A stretch of DNA of 64,000 nt from Caldilineaceae bacterium (GCA_014879855.1 JACSRH010000261.1:27-64026); one strand, 5' to 3'. Positions 9,501 through 24,175 are shown, counted from the stretch's first letter. The notes: a model not told the origin generated them from the sequence alone. Made by a program: numbers and translations.

Positions 9501-10442
9501 ATGCGTATTCTCGTGACTGGCGGCGCCGGTTTCCTGGGCAGCCACCTGTGCGACCGGCTCCTGGCTGAAGGCCACGATGTGATTGCGATGGACAACTTGA
9601 TCACGGGTTCGACCGACAACATCGCCCATCTGGCCAGCAACCGGCGCTTTCAGTTCATCCATCACGATGTGACCAACTACATTTACCTCAAAGGGCCACT
9701 GGACGCTATTCTACACTTTGCCAGTCCTGCCAGCCCAATCGACTACCTGGAGCTGCCGATCCAGACGCTGAAGGTGGGCAGCCTGGGCACGCACAACGCG
9801 TTGGGGTTGGCGCTGGCAAAAGGCACGCGCTTCCTGCTGGCCAGCACAAGCGAAGTCTACGGTGACCCAATGGTGCATCCACAGCAGGAAACCTACTGGG
9901 GCAACGTCAACCCCATCGGGCCGCGCGGCGTTTACGATGAGGCCAAACGCTTTGCCGAGGCGATGACGATGGCCTACCATCGCAGCCACGGCGTTGATAC
10001 GCGCATCGTGCGCATCTTCAACACCTATGGCCCGCGCATGCGGCTGAGCGACGGCCGCGTTGTGCCCAACTTTGTCGGCCAGGCGCTGCGTCAGGAGCCG
10101 CTGACCGTCTACGGCGAAGGCAAGCAGACGCGCAGCTTCTGCTATGCCAGCGATCTGGTGGACGGTATCTATCGCCTGCTCCTCAGCGACGAAAACGAGC
10201 CGGTCAACATCGGCAATCCGGCCGAGCTGACGATCCACGACTTTGCCCAGGTGATCAACGAGCTGACCGGCAACCCGGCTGGCATCCGCTTCGAGCCGCT
10301 GCCGGTGGACGATCCCAAGCAGCGTCAACCCGACATTACCAAAGCGCGACGCATTCTTGGCTGGGAGCCGAAGGTGGATCTGCGCACGGGAATGACGCAG
10401 ACGGTGGAATGGTTCAGAAACCAGTTGGCCGTGAAAGATTAG
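9501..10442 (+). CDS. UDP-glucuronate decarboxylase family extended SDR
   Basis: [51 protein letters not shown]. Confidence 0.9.
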   Translation: MRILVTGGAGFLGSHLCDRLLAEGHDVIAMDNLITGSTDNIAHLASNRRFQFIHHDVTNYIYLKGPLDAILHFASPASPIDYLELPIQTLKVGSLGTHNALGLALAKGTRFLLASTSEVYGDPMVHPQQETYWGNVNPIGPRGVYDEAKRFAEAMTMAYHRSHGVDTRIVRIFNTYGPRMRLSDGRVVPNFVGQALRQEPLTVYGEGKQTRSFCYASDLVDGIYRLLLSDENEPVNIGNPAELTIHDFAQVINELTGNPAGIRFEPLPVDDPKQRQPDITKARRILGWEPKVDLRTGMTQTVEWFRNQLAVKD

Positions 10443-10451
10443 ATGGTCCGT

Positions 10452-11117
10452 TCACCACAAGGTAATGATGCGTTCCTTCTGCTCGCGCAATTTCTCCCGG
10501 TTCGAGCGCAGGGCGATCATCACTGCCACCAGCACCATCACGCCGTAAATGGCAAAGGGCCAGGGTGAAATTTCGTCTACAGACAAAATCAGAAAGAGGG
10601 CAAAGGCGGAAACCGCCACAGCGAGCGTGCCGATCGAGGCAATGCGCGACCACCAGATGAGAAAGGCGCCGATGATAATGGTAATGCCGCCCACCAGCGG
10701 GTTGAGCGCCAACGTCGTTGCAGCCGTGGTAATGCCGCCTGCGCCACCTTTGAAACCGTTGAGGAACGACCAGTTGTGGCCAATGACGGCAAGCCCGCCC
10801 GCCAACGCCGCGGCAAGATCCAGGGCGTTCTTACGCATCAGCGCATCCTCCACCGACATCGAACTGGGTTCAGGGAAAAACAAGAAAAAGAGCCAGCGCA
10901 CGAGCAGCACCGCCACCACGCCTTTGACGGCATCGCCGATGATCGTCGGCACAGCAGCCTTCAGCCCGGCCGCCCGCCAGGCGTTCGTCCCGCCGATGCG
11001 ACCGCTGCCCACAGTGCGAATGTCGACGCCGTACATCCGGCAAACCCACAACCCCACCGGGATCGAGCCAAGCAGGTACCCAATCAGCGCGGCCAACGGT
11101 ACAAACGCCCACATCAT
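10452..11117 (-). CDS. plsY: Glycerol-3-phosphate acyltransferase PlsY
   Basis: GYLLGSIP, DIRTVGSGRIGGTNAWR, DAVKG, GHNWS, FKGGAG. Confidence 0.85.
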   Translation of the reverse strand: MMWAFVPLAALIGYLLGSIPVGLWVCRMYGVDIRTVGSGRIGGTNAWRAAGLKAAVPTIIGDAVKGVVAVLLVRWLFFLFFPEPSSMSVEDALMRKNALDLAAALAGGLAVIGHNWSFLNGFKGGAGGITTAATTLALNPLVGGITIIIGAFLIWWSRIASIGTLAVAVSAFALFLILSVDEISPWPFAIYGVMVLVAVMIALRSNREKLREQKERIITLW

Positions 11118-11231
11118 GTGTGTCCCCTTTTGCTAAACACGGATAACATGGATTGAACGGATGGTTGCAGATCAGAGCAGCGAAGATCAGCCAATCCATG
11201 CCATCAGCACACCATTTTAATCCCATCTCTT

Positions 11232-11744
11232 CTAAAGCAAGGCGCTCACTGCTGCCAGCGCCGCGTCGTAATTCGGGTGTTGGCCGATGCCCGGCACATA
11301 TTCCACATAACGCACAATATCGTCGGCGTCGATCACAAAGATCGCGCGCTGGTCCGCACCCAAAGCAGGCACGGCGGCGCCATACGCCTTGCCAAATTCC
11401 AATCCCATATAATCCGAGAGCATCAACACGCGCTCAACGCCGGCGACGCCGCACCAGCGCTTCTGCGCCATCGGCAGATCGACGCTCACCGTCACTACAA
11501 TGACCTGGTCGCCCAGCTCAGAAGCCACTTCGTTCATACGCCGCGTCTGGGCGTCGCACACACTGGTGTCGATGCTTGGCACCACACTGACCAGCCGGAT
11601 TTTGCCAGCGGTGCCGGCCAGAAGGTCGAAAGACGACAAAAAACCCGTGGCCAGCTTGACTTCCGGCGCCTTGTCCCCTACGTGCAAAGGCGCGCCGATC
11701 ACGGCCAAGTGCAGATCGCGAAACGCAACGGTTCGCTCGCTCAT
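11232..11744 (-). CDS. tpx: Thiol peroxidase (atypical 2-Cys peroxiredoxin)
   Basis: [16 protein letters not shown] (peroxidatic Cys), [13 protein letters not shown] (resolving Cys), HPNYDAAL. Confidence 0.9.
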   Translation of the reverse strand: MSERTVAFRDLHLAVIGAPLHVGDKAPEVKLATGFLSSFDLLAGTAGKIRLVSVVPSIDTSVCDAQTRRMNEVASELGDQVIVVTVSVDLPMAQKRWCGVAGVERVLMLSDYMGLEFGKAYGAAVPALGADQRAIFVIDADDIVRYVEYVPGIGQHPNYDAALAAVSALL

Positions 11745-11812
11745 CTCAAAATTCCTTTCCGTTCGCAATTCAGATTGATTGAATAGCGTGCGTTATCAAA
11801 ATCAGATAAAAT

Positions 11813-12265
11813 CTACTCTCTTGATGCTGGAGGCGGCGTCTTGGGTGCTTCATCGCCGGCAACGACTGGAATGGTAGGATGCACGGGGGGCGGGGGCGGT
11901 TTCACATCAGCCATGGTGTCCGCGCGAATGTTGACGGCTGCGCGCATCAACACATTGTCGTCCATGTAAAAGCTGTTGACGTTGAGCACGCCGCCAACCT
12001 GGCTTCCCTCCAACAGTTCCACGCGATCGGCTTGGATCAGCCCCTTAAATTTGCCGCGGATGCTGACCACCCTGGCGACAATGTCACAGTTCACTATCGC
12101 GGTCTCGGTCAGAATGACATTGGCTGGCGTTTCAATGTGACCCTGCTCGACCGCGCCGTCGATGCGGATGCTAGCGTCGCATTGCAGCCGGCCGCTAAAA
12201 GTCGCGCGCGGCCCGATCAGGACTTCGATGGCGTCAGGTTCTGGGCGAGATGTACGACCAAACAC
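11813..12265 (-). CDS. Bactofilin (polymer-forming cytoskeletal protein)
   Basis: [22 protein letters not shown]...[26 protein letters not shown] beta-helix repeats; Pro-rich tail. Confidence 0.8.
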   Translation of the reverse strand: MFGRTSRPEPDAIEVLIGPRATFSGRLQCDASIRIDGAVEQGHIETPANVILTETAIVNCDIVARVVSIRGKFKGLIQADRVELLEGSQVGGVLNVNSFYMDDNVLMRAAVNIRADTMADVKPPPPPVHPTIPVVAGDEAPKTPPPASRE

Positions 12266-12274
12266 GTGGGCCTC

Positions 12275-13231
12275 CTACGATAAAATCAGTTTCGATGAAA
12301 TGCTCTCGCCGCGATAGATGCGATTGATAATGTCCGCTAACAACTGCGCCACCGATAGCACCACTACCTTGGAACGCCGTTTGGTTTCTGAAACCGGAAT
12401 GGTATTCATTACTACCAGTCGCTCGATCCGTTCGTCTTCGTCGAGCCGCTGGATCGCGGTCGGCAACAGCACGGGATGGGTGACCGCGAAGCAGGCTGTG
12501 CCGGCGGCGCCCGCTTCATACAGGGCATCGACCTGTTTTAACACGCTTCCACCTGCCATCACGTCGTCGATGATGATCGGACGCCGTCCCTGAATGTCGC
12601 CGACCACATGCGTCGTCTCTGTCGTCGTAAAATCGGTGCGGCGTTTATGCATGACGACCAGCGGCAAATTGAGCAGCTCAGCATACTTGCCCGCCATGCT
12701 GGCGCGCCCGACATCGGGGCTGACGATCGCGGCGTTGGCATACTCCGGCGCACGGAAATAATCCGCCAGCAGATGAACCGCGCTCAACGGATCGACCGGA
12801 ATGTTGAAGAAGCCCTGAATGGCGCGATTATGAATGTCGACGTAGACGACGCGGCGCGCGCCTGCCATCTCAATCATGTTAGCCACTACGCGCGCACTGA
12901 TCGCCTCCCTTCCCTTCGCCATCCGTTCTTGCCGCGCATAGGGGAAGTAAGGGATCACCACGCTGACGCTGTGCGCACTCGCCCGCCGAAACGCGTCAAG
13001 GTAGAGGATCAGCTCGACCAGGTGCTCATTGACCGGCTCACAACATGGTTGGATAAAAAAGATATCTTGATCGCGCACGACTTCGTCAAGCATCACATGC
13101 ATCTCACTGTCCGGCAACCGACGCGTAGTTGCACGCCCTAAGTCGACATGCAAAATGTCGGCAATTTCCCGCGCCAGAGCAGGATGGGCGGAGCCAGTGA
13201 AGATGCGTAGAGGATGGTAAGACTGGACCAC
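12275..13231 (-). CDS. prs: Ribose-phosphate pyrophosphokinase
   Basis: [40 protein letters not shown] loop. Confidence 0.9.
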   Translation of the reverse strand: MVQSYHPLRIFTGSAHPALAREIADILHVDLGRATTRRLPDSEMHVMLDEVVRDQDIFFIQPCCEPVNEHLVELILYLDAFRRASAHSVSVVIPYFPYARQERMAKGREAISARVVANMIEMAGARRVVYVDIHNRAIQGFFNIPVDPLSAVHLLADYFRAPEYANAAIVSPDVGRASMAGKYAELLNLPLVVMHKRRTDFTTTETTHVVGDIQGRRPIIIDDVMAGGSVLKQVDALYEAGAAGTACFAVTHPVLLPTAIQRLDEDERIERLVVMNTIPVSETKRRSKVVVLSVAQLLADIINRIYRGESISSKLILS

Positions 13232-13354
13232 GAAACCCTCCCGGATTACAATTACAGTGGAGATTTGGAATACTCACTGATTACACAGCTACCGCCACTC
13301 AAAATTATATGATAGCATGAGGGCAGTCAACAATTCAGCACGCTACGAAAGCTA

Positions 13355-13990
13355 ATGATGAGTCAGACTAAACTACTTGTTGCCACCCATAACCCCGGCA
13401 AAGCGCGCGATTACGCGCATCTTCTCGCCGGCTTGCCCCTTGCGGTTACATGGCTCGATGAAGTCGGCGTCACCGAGGCCGTCGAGGAGACAGGCGCAAC
13501 CTTCACAGAAAACGCCTTGTTAAAAGCACGTCATTATGCAGCCACCGCCGGACTGTTGACGTGGGCCGACGACAGCGGGCTGGAAGTGGATGCATTGGGG
13601 GGGCGGCCAGGCGTCTATTCGGCGCGCTATGGCGGGCCTGATCTGTCCGACCGCCAACGGTATGCCGCGCTGTTGCGCGAACTGGCAGCTGTCCCCGAAG
13701 CTGAACGCAGCGCCCGTTTTCGTTGCGTCGTCGCGCTGGCGCGGCCCGATGGCAGTGCATGGCTCGCGGAGGGCGTTGTTGAGGGTCATATCCTGACCGC
13801 ACCGCGTGGCGACAACGGCTTTGGTTATGACCCAATCTTCTTCCTAGCAGACTATGGGGCGTCAATGGCGGAGCTGCCGGTCCAGCTCAGAAACCAGATC
13901 AGCCATCGCGCCATTGCCTCGCAAAATGCCCAGAGAATTCTGGCCGATCTACTCAAACAAGAGTCACAGCATGAAAAAGCTGATCAATAA
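13355..13990 (+). CDS. rdgB: Non-canonical purine NTP pyrophosphatase RdgB/HAM1
   Basis: [55 protein letters not shown]. Confidence 0.92.
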   Translation: MMSQTKLLVATHNPGKARDYAHLLAGLPLAVTWLDEVGVTEAVEETGATFTENALLKARHYAATAGLLTWADDSGLEVDALGGRPGVYSARYGGPDLSDRQRYAALLRELAAVPEAERSARFRCVVALARPDGSAWLAEGVVEGHILTAPRGDNGFGYDPIFFLADYGASMAELPVQLRNQISHRAIASQNAQRILADLLKQESQHEKADQ

Positions 13991-14966
13991 TCCATCCATC
14001 GTGGTCGAAGAAGCAATGCTCGGCATGGCGCGCGCTCATCCGCATTTGCTGCGCGCCTATTTTGATCCCAACTATATCGTGCGCGCGGATGCGCCGCGGC
14101 CAGGCAAAGTAGGCGTGCTCTCCGGTGGGGGCAGCGGCCACGAGCCGATGCATGGCGGCTTTGTCGGCGCGGGCATGCTGGACGCGGCCTGCCCTGGCCG
14201 TATCTTCACGTCGCCCACGCCCGACCAGATCGAGGCCGCCTCTCATGCTATTCACGGCGGCGCCGGCATCCTCTTCATCGTCAAAAATTACACAGGCGAT
14301 ATATTGAATTTCGATATTGCCGCCGAACTATGTCAGGCCAGTGGCATCGACGTAGCGACGCTGCTCATCCACGACGATGTGGCCGTGCAGGACAGCTTGT
14401 ACACCGCGGGCAGACGCGGCGTCGGCGTCACCGTGTTTGCCGAAAAAATTTGCGGCGCCGCGGCCGAAGCCGGCGCGCCGCTCGAGCGTGTCGCCGCCAT
14501 TGGCCGCAAAGTGGGCCAGCAAGGGCGCAGTATGGGCATGGCGCTCACTTCTTGCATTGTCCCCGCGGTGGGACGCCCCACTTTTGTGCTGCAGGAAGAT
14601 GAGATGGAGATTGGCGTCGGCATTCACGGCGAACCAGGCCGCGAGCGCGTTGCGCTGCAGACAGCCGATGAGATCACCGACATCCTCGTCGCCACAATTT
14701 TCGACGACTTACCTTTCCGTCGCGGCAGCCGCGTGATTGCCATGGTGAATGGCATGGGTGGCACGCCGCTCATCGAGCTTTACATTATCTTCCGGCGCCT
14801 GGCGAGATTATGCGACGATCGTAATATCACGATCAGTCGCAACTTGATTGGCAATTATGTAACCTCGTTGGAAATGGCGGGTTGCTCGATCACCCTGCTC
14901 GAAGCCGACGACGAATTGTTGCACTTATGGGACGCACCCGTACACACCGCGGCTTTACATTGGTGA
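13971..14966 (+). CDS. dhaK: Dihydroxyacetone kinase subunit K
   Basis: [38 protein letters not shown]. Confidence 0.93.
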   Translation: MKKLINNPSIVVEEAMLGMARAHPHLLRAYFDPNYIVRADAPRPGKVGVLSGGGSGHEPMHGGFVGAGMLDAACPGRIFTSPTPDQIEAASHAIHGGAGILFIVKNYTGDILNFDIAAELCQASGIDVATLLIHDDVAVQDSLYTAGRRGVGVTVFAEKICGAAAEAGAPLERVAAIGRKVGQQGRSMGMALTSCIVPAVGRPTFVLQEDEMEIGVGIHGEPGRERVALQTADEITDILVATIFDDLPFRRGSRVIAMVNGMGGTPLIELYIIFRRLARLCDDRNITISRNLIGNYVTSLEMAGCSITLLEADDELLHLWDAPVHTAALHW

Positions 14967-14996
14967 CAAGGTGTCGATTTCTGGAACCGATCGCTT

Positions 14997-15665
14997 ATGA
15001 CGTCTGATACAACGCTCAATATTGATACTGCAATTCTAACTGACTGGATCAACAGATACGCAAACCAGATTTCAGACAATAAGGCGTATCTGACCGAACT
15101 TGACGCTGAGATTGGCGACGCCGATCATGGCATCAATATGCAGCACGGCTTTGAGGCAGTTCAGCAGCGGTTGCCCGGCTTTGCCGGTGAGCCGCTGAGC
15201 GTATTCTTCAAGAATATCGGCATGACGCTGCTCTCCAAAGTCGGCGGCGCCAGCGGACCGCTGTATGGCACGCTGTTCCTGCGCATGGGCATGGCGTCAG
15301 CCGGCAAGTCCACGCTGACGCCCATCGAGTTTGCCGAGGCTTTGGCTGTTGGCGTCGAAGGCATCCGGCAGCGGGGCAGCGCACGTCCTGGCGATAAGAC
15401 GATGGTCGACGCGTTGACGCCAGCGGTGCTTGCTTTGCATCACGCGCTCGAGCATGGCGCCACGCTCTGCGCAGCCTTGCAAGCGGCGGCCGCGGCCGGT
15501 GAAGCAGGTATGAAGGCGACGATCTCGATGCAAGCGTATAAAGGGCGCGCCAGCTATCTTGGGCCGCGCAGCATCGGACATCAGGATCCAGGAGCGACAT
15601 CAGCCTATCTGTTGATCAAAAGCGCGGCCGAGACATTCTGCCCAGCCGAGCAGGCAACCCGTTGA
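14997..15665 (+). CDS. dhaL: Dihydroxyacetone kinase subunit L (ADP-binding)
   Basis: [42 protein letters not shown]. Confidence 0.93.
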   Translation: MTSDTTLNIDTAILTDWINRYANQISDNKAYLTELDAEIGDADHGINMQHGFEAVQQRLPGFAGEPLSVFFKNIGMTLLSKVGGASGPLYGTLFLRMGMASAGKSTLTPIEFAEALAVGVEGIRQRGSARPGDKTMVDALTPAVLALHHALEHGATLCAALQAAAAAGEAGMKATISMQAYKGRASYLGPRSIGHQDPGATSAYLLIKSAAETFCPAEQATR

Positions 15666-15690
15666 GTTGCCCCACAAAGGGAATATCTGC

Positions 15691-17199
15691 ATGAGTAAAT
15701 TTGTCGCAGCGATCGATCAAGGCACCACCAGCACGCGCTGCATGATTTTCAACCATCGCGGCGAGACGGTCAGCGCCTATCAACTCGAACACGCGCAGCT
15801 CTATCCGCAGGCCGGTTGGGTGGAGCACAATCCACTGGAGATCTGGCAGCAGACGCAGCGCGTCGTACAAGGGGCGCTGGAAAAATTGGGTGGTCAGGCG
15901 CAGGATATTGCCGCCGTCGGCATCACCAACCAGCGCGAGACGACTGTGGTTTGGAACCGCAAAACGGGCAAACCGTACTATAACGCCATCGTGTGGCAGG
16001 ACATGCGCACTGATCATCTGTGCGCACAACTGGGCGGGAGCGACGGGCCGGATCGCTTTCGCGCGCAAGTGGGATTGCCCCTCTCCACTTATTTTTCCGG
16101 GCCAAAGCTGCGCTGGCTGCTCGACAATGTGCCCGGTCTGCGCGCAGACGCGGTGCGCGGCGACGCCCTGTTCGGCAACATCGACGCGTGGCTAATCTGG
16201 AACCTGACCGGCGGCATCGATGGCGGCGTGCATGTCACCGACGTGACCAACGCCTCGCGCACGATGCTGATGGCGCTCGCCAGCGCCCAATGGGACGATG
16301 AAATTCTGGCGGCGATGGAAATTCCGCGCGCCATGTTGCCCACGATCCGCCCTTCCAGCGACCCGGCGATCTACGGCTATACATTGACCGACGGCCCTTT
16401 TGGCGCGCGGCTTGCGATCTGTGGCGCCCTGGGCGACCAACAGGCGGCGACGGTCGGACAGACTTGCTTTGCCGTGGGGGAAGCCAAGAACACCTATGGC
16501 ACGGGCTGCTTTATGTTGCTCAACACGGGGACCGACATTGTGCCCTCCCAGCATGGCCTGCTGACCACGACCTGCTACAAATTCGGCGACGCGCCGACTG
16601 TTTACGCGCTGGAGGGATCGATTGCCATCAGCGGCGCGCTGGTGCAGTGGCTGCGCGATAACCTGCGCATGATCGATGTGGCCAGCGATATCGAGAATCT
16701 CGCCTACACCGTCGACGACAATGGCGGCATTTATTTTGTGCCGGCGTTTTCGGGTCTCTATGCGCCTTATTGGCGCAACGACGCGCGCGGGGTCATTGTG
16801 GGGCTGACCCGCTTTATCAATCGCGGTCACATCGCGCGCGCCGCGCTCGAAGCCACTGCCTTCCAGACGCGCGAGGTGCTCGACGCCATGCAGCAAGATG
16901 CAGGCATCGAGCTTCAGACCCTCAAGGTCGATGGCGGCATGGTGCGCAACGAGCTGCTGATGCAGTTTCAGGCTGATGTGTTGGGCGTGCCGGTCATCCG
17001 CCCGCGCATCAGCGAGACAACCGCGCTGGGTGCAGCCTATGCCGCCGGGCTGGCTGTAGGTTTCTGGAAAAACACCGACGAGATGCGCGCTAACTGGGGC
17101 ATCGATAAAACATGGCAGCCGGCAGCCGACGACGCGGCCCGCACAAAACTCTATGCAGCATGGAAGAAAGCCGTTACACGCACCTTCGATTGGGCATAA
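15691..17199 (+). CDS. glpK: Glycerol kinase
   Basis: [47 protein letters not shown]. Confidence 0.95.
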   Translation: MSKFVAAIDQGTTSTRCMIFNHRGETVSAYQLEHAQLYPQAGWVEHNPLEIWQQTQRVVQGALEKLGGQAQDIAAVGITNQRETTVVWNRKTGKPYYNAIVWQDMRTDHLCAQLGGSDGPDRFRAQVGLPLSTYFSGPKLRWLLDNVPGLRADAVRGDALFGNIDAWLIWNLTGGIDGGVHVTDVTNASRTMLMALASAQWDDEILAAMEIPRAMLPTIRPSSDPAIYGYTLTDGPFGARLAICGALGDQQAATVGQTCFAVGEAKNTYGTGCFMLLNTGTDIVPSQHGLLTTTCYKFGDAPTVYALEGSIAISGALVQWLRDNLRMIDVASDIENLAYTVDDNGGIYFVPAFSGLYAPYWRNDARGVIVGLTRFINRGHIARAALEATAFQTREVLDAMQQDAGIELQTLKVDGGMVRNELLMQFQADVLGVPVIRPRISETTALGAAYAAGLAVGFWKNTDEMRANWGIDKTWQPAADDAARTKLYAAWKKAVTRTFDWA

Positions 17200-17208
17200 C
17201 CATCCATC

Positions 17209-19751
17209 ATGGTCAGCATCGTACTCGTCTCGCACAGTAGTGAACTGTCCGCAGCCGTAAAAGCGTTGGCGGATCAACAAATTCACGGACGGGCGCAGAT
17301 CGTTGCCGTGGGTGGCAGCGACAACCCACATCAACCTTTTGGCACCGACCCGATCGCCATTTCTGAGGCGATCCACGCGGCCTGGGGAGACGATGGCGTA
17401 TTGGTGCTGATGGACCTCGGCAGCGCTGTCATCAGCGGGCAAGTGGCGCTGGATTTGTTGCCGGACGAAGAACGCGCCCGCGTCCGCCTTTCCGTCGGCC
17501 CATTTGTGGAGGGTGCGATGGCAGCCGCGGTGCAAGCTTCGATCGGCATGAGCCTGGAAGCCGTCGCGCGCGAGGCGGAGGAAGCCAACCAGGCGAAGCG
17601 CGCGGTTCTGCACGCCGGGGATGTCGAACGCGACGCGACGAACGCGCCACTGTTTGCACACGACGTAGCCGACCCGGCCATCCACACCGCCAGCGCCGAC
17701 GTGATCGTCGTCAACGCGGCCGGTCTGCACTTTGGCCCAGCCGCACACTTTATCCAGACCGCAGCACAGTTTCACGCCGAAGTTCACGTCACCAACCTGA
17801 CCACGGGCGTTGGCCCCGCGCAGGCCAGCCGTTTCAACCAACTGCTGGCGCTGGGCATTGAAAAGGATCATTGTATCCGCATTGAAGCTATCGGCCCGGA
17901 CGCCGATGAAGTGGTCAACACACTGGTGAAACACGTGGCGCATGATATCGGCGGCGTCGAAGCGCCGCGCCAAGCGCTTGGCGCGGCGTCCGTTGCGCTG
18001 CCAGGGCAAGGAGCAGCGCGCCTCAGTGGGCAGCCAGCCTCACACGGCGTTGCGATCGGTGTGGCGGTCGTCCTCACCAATCGTCAGGATCCATTGCAGG
18101 ACAGCCAAGCCGATGAATCGGAAAGTGACAACAATGTAGACAGCGAGCGTGAGCGCTTCCATCACGCGCAGCACACCGCGCTGACGCAGCTCGAGGATCT
18201 CACAGACCAGGTGCGCAAAACCCTGGGCGAAGATCAGGCAGTGATCTTCCGAGCACACGCCCTGCTGCTGCAAGATCGTGATTTCCTGAACGAAGTGCGC
18301 ACAGCCATCGACCACGGCCAATCCGCCGTTGCGGCGGTGCGTCAGGCAGTCTTGCGGTGGGCCGATCGTTTCCGCCAGATGAGCGGCAGCGTCTTCCAGC
18401 AGCGCGCCGCCGATGTCGAGGATGTGGGACGCCGCCTGCTGCATTTGTTGCTGCACGCGACGCTGCAGCCGCTCGATCTCCCCGACAACGCCATTATCGT
18501 CGCCGAGGATCTGCTGCCCTCTCAGACTGCCACCCTGGATCGCACCAAGGTGATCGGCTTTTGCACGGCCGGGGGCGGCTCCACCGCGCACACCGCGATC
18601 CTGGCGCGCAGCATGGGGATTCCAGCGGTCGTGGGCGTGGGCGCGTTGCTTTTGGAGCTTACCACGACCGGCGTGTCCCTGGCGCTGGATGGTGAACACG
18701 GCGCCGTAATTATCGAACCGGACGAGGCCACGACGCTGGTTTACACCCATGCCCAGACGGCTGCCCATGCCGCACGCACCACCGCCTGGGCGGCCGCGCA
18801 ACGTTTGACGCGCACCTATGACGGCGTGCGCGTCGAAGTGGCGGCAAACCTGGGCGCGGCTGCCGATGGTGCGCTGGCATTGGAGGCAGGCGCCGAGGCA
18901 GTGGGGCTGTTGCGCACCGAGTTTCTGTTCCAGGATCGGCAGACGCCGCCGACGGAAGAGGAACAGATGGTGATTTACCGTCAAGTCGCCAATGCGCTGG
19001 GCAATCGGCGGCTGGTGATCCGCACGCTTGATATTGGCGGCGACAAACCTGCGCCTTACCTGACGCTGCCCAAGGAAACCAACCCTTTTTTGGGCTGGCG
19101 TGCGATCCGCATCTCGCTGGCGATGCCAGAGTTATTCAAAGTGCAGTTGCGTGCGTTGATGCGCGCCGCGGTCGGCAACGCCATCCACATCATGTTTCCC
19201 ATGATCAGCTCGATGGATGAGGTCCTGCGCGCGCAGGCGTTGATGGCGGCCGCGGCCAACGAACTGGCCGCGGCTGGCGCGCCGTTTCGTGCGGATCTGC
19301 CGGTTGGCATCATGATCGAGACGCCGGCGGCAGTGGAAATGGCCGACCGTCTGGCGTCTCTCGTTGATTTCTTCAGCATCGGCACCAATGATCTCACGCA
19401 GTACACATTTGCCGCCGACCGTACAAACCAACGTGTGGCGGCCCTCGTCGACCCACTCCACCCGGCTATGTTGCGCCAGATCGATTTTGTGCTGCGGGCT
19501 GCGCACAGCCACGAGCGCTGGGTTGGGTTGTGCGGTGAAATGGCCGCCGACCCATTGGCGATCCCGATCTTGCTGGGGCTGGGGTTGGATGAATTCAGCA
19601 TGGCGCCCTCCAGCATCCCGGCCGCTAAACAGATTATTTCGCGTTTGACGATGCCCGTGGCGCGCCGGCTGGCGCAAAAGGCACTGCAAATGAACGATGG
19701 GGACGACGTGCGCGAACTTGTACGCGGAGCAGACGAAGGATTCCATCCACT

Positions 19752-19755
<4 letters not shown>
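17209..19755 (+). CDS. dhaM: Multiphosphoryl-transfer protein: DhaM/EIIA-HPr-Enzyme I fusion
   Basis: IVLVSHS (EIIA His), [11 protein letters not shown] (HPr), [10 protein letters not shown] (EI His), [31 protein letters not shown]. Confidence 0.88.
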
Positions 19756-21505
<1,750 letters not shown>

Positions 21506-21509
<4 letters not shown>

Positions 21510-21607
21510 CGCGGAGGCGCGGAGATGCAAAGAAACGCAGAGACATGCCTGTCAAAATCTTTCTGCTTTTCCTCTGCGAACCTCTGCTGCACTGCGTCTT
21601 GCGTCAA
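21506..21607. mobile_element. 102-bp MITE-like GCAGAG-family element
   Basis: Ends ttgacgc (21506-21512) and gcgtcaa (21601-21607) are perfect inverted repeats; internal imperfect palindrome; the left end contains the glpA stop TGA. Confidence 0.6.
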
Positions 21608-21627
21608 AGGGAGAGGAGCTGTGGAAT

Positions 21628-22905
21628 ATGCTTGACCTCTTGATCATCGGCGCTGGATTGGCAGGACTGACGGCCGCGCTGCGTGCGGTGGAAGCGGGCC
21701 TGCGCGTGAAGATCATCGCCAAGGGAATGGGATCGCTGTACTGGGCGACCGGCGCCATCGACGTATTGGGCTATCTCGGCGGGGAAGAACGCGCGGTTGC
21801 CAGCCCGTGGGAGCGCCTGGCCGAACTCGACGCAGGACATCCTTATCGCACACTAGGGGACACGCGAGTGCGCGGCGCCATCGACTGGTTTCAGCAACAC
21901 ATCGAACCAAGCGGCCTTGGCTACCGTAGCGCCGATGCGCACAACCTGTTGACGCCTTCGCCCGCGGGCGCATGGCGTCCCACCTATCTGGCGCCGGCCG
22001 GACAGCGGGCGGGCGCGGCGACAGACGACCGGCCCATGGTGATCGTTGGTTTCCAGGGAGTGCGCGATTTTTTCCCGCATCTGATCACACGAAACTTAAG
22101 CGCACAGGGACAGGTGGTGCGCGCGGCGCTGCTGCCGTGGAGCGTGCTCAGCGAGCAGCGCGACCGCAACAATGCCCAACTGGCCGAATGCGTCGATGAC
22201 GTACACACCCAGCAGCGGCTGGTCGACGCGCTGAAGCTGGTCGTCAAGCCGGGCGAACGCATCGGGCTGCCAGCCATCCTGGGGCGCCACGCGCACGCTC
22301 AGGCGCTGGCTCACCTCCAGCAAGGATTGAAAACCGACGTATTTGAGATCCCGACGCTGCCGCCCAGCGCGCCGGGCATCCGCCTGGCAACCGCGCTGCG
22401 TCAGGCGCTGGAGCAACGCGGGGTGCGCGTCGAGATCGGCATGGAGGCGATTGGCTTTCACGCTGAAGATGGCGTCATCCAGTGGGTGGAGACGGAGACG
22501 AGCGCGCGGCCGCTCAAACATCGGGCGCACGCTTTCCTGCTGGCGACAGGTGGCGTGTTGGGCGGCGGCTTCAATAGCACCCCTGCTGGGCGATTTTGGG
22601 AAGTCATTTTCGACCTGCCGCTGACCGTGCCGCAAGATCGGCGGCAGTGGTTCCGCCCGCTTTTCCTCGACGCACGCGGCCAGCCAGCCTTTCACGGCGG
22701 CGTGGCAGTGAACGCCGCGTTGCAGCCGGTGGATGCGACCGGCGACGCGATCTACGCCAATCTGTGGGCAGCAGGCAGCCTGCTCGCGCACGCCGATCCG
22801 ATCCTGGAGCGCAGTCTGGAAGGCGTGGCAATTGCAAGTGGCGTGGCGGCAGCAGAAGCAGTAAAAACAAAATCCACGGCAGCCGTGGCGACGATGGAGA
22901 GATAA
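21628..22905 (+). CDS. glpB: Anaerobic glycerol-3-phosphate dehydrogenase subunit B
   Basis: IIGAGLAGL, FEIPTLPPSAPGIRL, LATGGVLGGG, NLWAAGSLL. Confidence 0.9.
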   Translation: MLDLLIIGAGLAGLTAALRAVEAGLRVKIIAKGMGSLYWATGAIDVLGYLGGEERAVASPWERLAELDAGHPYRTLGDTRVRGAIDWFQQHIEPSGLGYRSADAHNLLTPSPAGAWRPTYLAPAGQRAGAATDDRPMVIVGFQGVRDFFPHLITRNLSAQGQVVRAALLPWSVLSEQRDRNNAQLAECVDDVHTQQRLVDALKLVVKPGERIGLPAILGRHAHAQALAHLQQGLKTDVFEIPTLPPSAPGIRLATALRQALEQRGVRVEIGMEAIGFHAEDGVIQWVETETSARPLKHRAHAFLLATGGVLGGGFNSTPAGRFWEVIFDLPLTVPQDRRQWFRPLFLDARGQPAFHGGVAVNAALQPVDATGDAIYANLWAAGSLLAHADPILERSLEGVAIASGVAAAEAVKTKSTAAVATMER

Positions 22906-22906
22906 A

Positions 22907-24175
22907 ATGGCGCCAATTTCCTGGCACTCGGTCGATCTTTCGCTCGACGAGTGCATCAAATGCAATATCTGCACAAGCCACTGTCCGGTTTCGGCGGTGA
23001 CTGACCTGTTCCCTGGCCCGAAGTATGTGGGCCCGCAGGCGCAACGTTTCCGCGAAGGCGACCAAGCGATCACGCCCGATCACTCGGTCGATTATTGTTC
23101 GGGCTGTCGCGTCTGCAACGAAGTCTGCCCGACCGGCGTCAAAATCGCCGAAATGAATGCCCGCGCGCGCGCCGACATGGTGGCGAAGCAGGGGCTGCCG
23201 CTGCGCAACCGGTTGTTAGGGCGCAATGAATTGCTGGGCAAGGCGGGCAGCTTTGCGCCGGCGCTGGCGAACTTTGCCATGCACAACCCCTTCAGCCGCT
23301 TCATGGCAGAAAAGGTCATGGGCATCGCCCGCGCCGCGCCGCTGCCAACCTGGAGCACCTCCGGCACCTTTGGCGATTGGGTGAAACGCACGCGCGGCCA
23401 ACGGCTCAGGTCAGCCAAGAAGGTCGTCTACTATCATGGCTGCGCGACGATGTACTACGAACCCTTCATCGGCAAGGCGGCGGTTGCCGTTTTTGAGCAC
23501 AATGGCTACGAAGTGATCGTGCCCGAACAGAATTGCTGCGGGCTGCCGCTGCTCTCCAACGGTGAGTTTGGCGCGGCGCGCAATTACCATCAGGGCAACG
23601 TAGGCAAGTTGACGGGGTTTGCGCGCGCGGGGCTGCCGATTGTCGGCACCAGCACAAGCTGCACGTTAACCCTCAAAGAAGAGGCGCCTGAACTGCTCGA
23701 CATGCACGACGAGGCTGCGACCACGCTGAAGATGGCAACCTACGACATCTTCGAGTGGCTGTACGAACTGCACGAAGCGGGCGAGTTCCGCACCGACTTC
23801 CGGTCCATGCCGATGAAGCTGCCCTATCATGCCCCTTGTCAGCAGCGCGCCCACCGCGTCGGCAAACCAGCGCTGGCATTGATGGCGCTGATCCCCGACT
23901 TGGAGCTTCCTGAATCGCACGCGCGCTGCTGTGGCATCGCCGGCACCTACGGCTACAAAGTCGAGAAATATCAAATTGCCATGGATGTGGGCGCGGAGCT
24001 GTTCGACTTTGTCGAGGCGCAGGGCAGCGATGTGGCGTACACCGCGTGCGACTCCGAGACCTGCCGTTGGCAGCTTGAGCACGGCGTCGACCTGCCCAGC
24101 CGCCACCCCATCGAGATTCTGGCCGCGGCCTACGGGTTGTACGACCTGGCGCGGCGCGACCTGACGACCGGGTGA
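22907..24175 (+). CDS. glpC: Anaerobic glycerol-3-phosphate dehydrogenase subunit C (Fe-S)
   Basis: CIKCNICTSHCP, CSGCRVCNEVCP, two CCG domains (CCGLP, CCGIAGTYG). Confidence 0.92.
   Translation: MAPISWHSVDLSLDECIKCNICTSHCPVSAVTDLFPGPKYVGPQAQRFREGDQAITPDHSVDYCSGCRVCNEVCPTGVKIAEMNARARADMVAKQGLPLRNRLLGRNELLGKAGSFAPALANFAMHNPFSRFMAEKVMGIARAAPLPTWSTSGTFGDWVKRTRGQRLRSAKKVVYYHGCATMYYEPFIGKAAVAVFEHNGYEVIVPEQNCCGLPLLSNGEFGAARNYHQGNVGKLTGFARAGLPIVGTSTSCTLTLKEEAPELLDMHDEAATTLKMATYDIFEWLYELHEAGEFRTDFRSMPMKLPYHAPCQQRAHRVGKPALALMALIPDLELPESHARCCGIAGTYGYKVEKYQIAMDVGAELFDFVEAQGSDVAYTACDSETCRWQLEHGVDLPSRHPIEILAAAYGLYDLARRDLTTG

Noticed and set aside
13305-13330. TTGACT...TATAAT on the - strand upstream of prs
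   Set aside because: The spacer is only 15 bp, too weak to call as a promoter.
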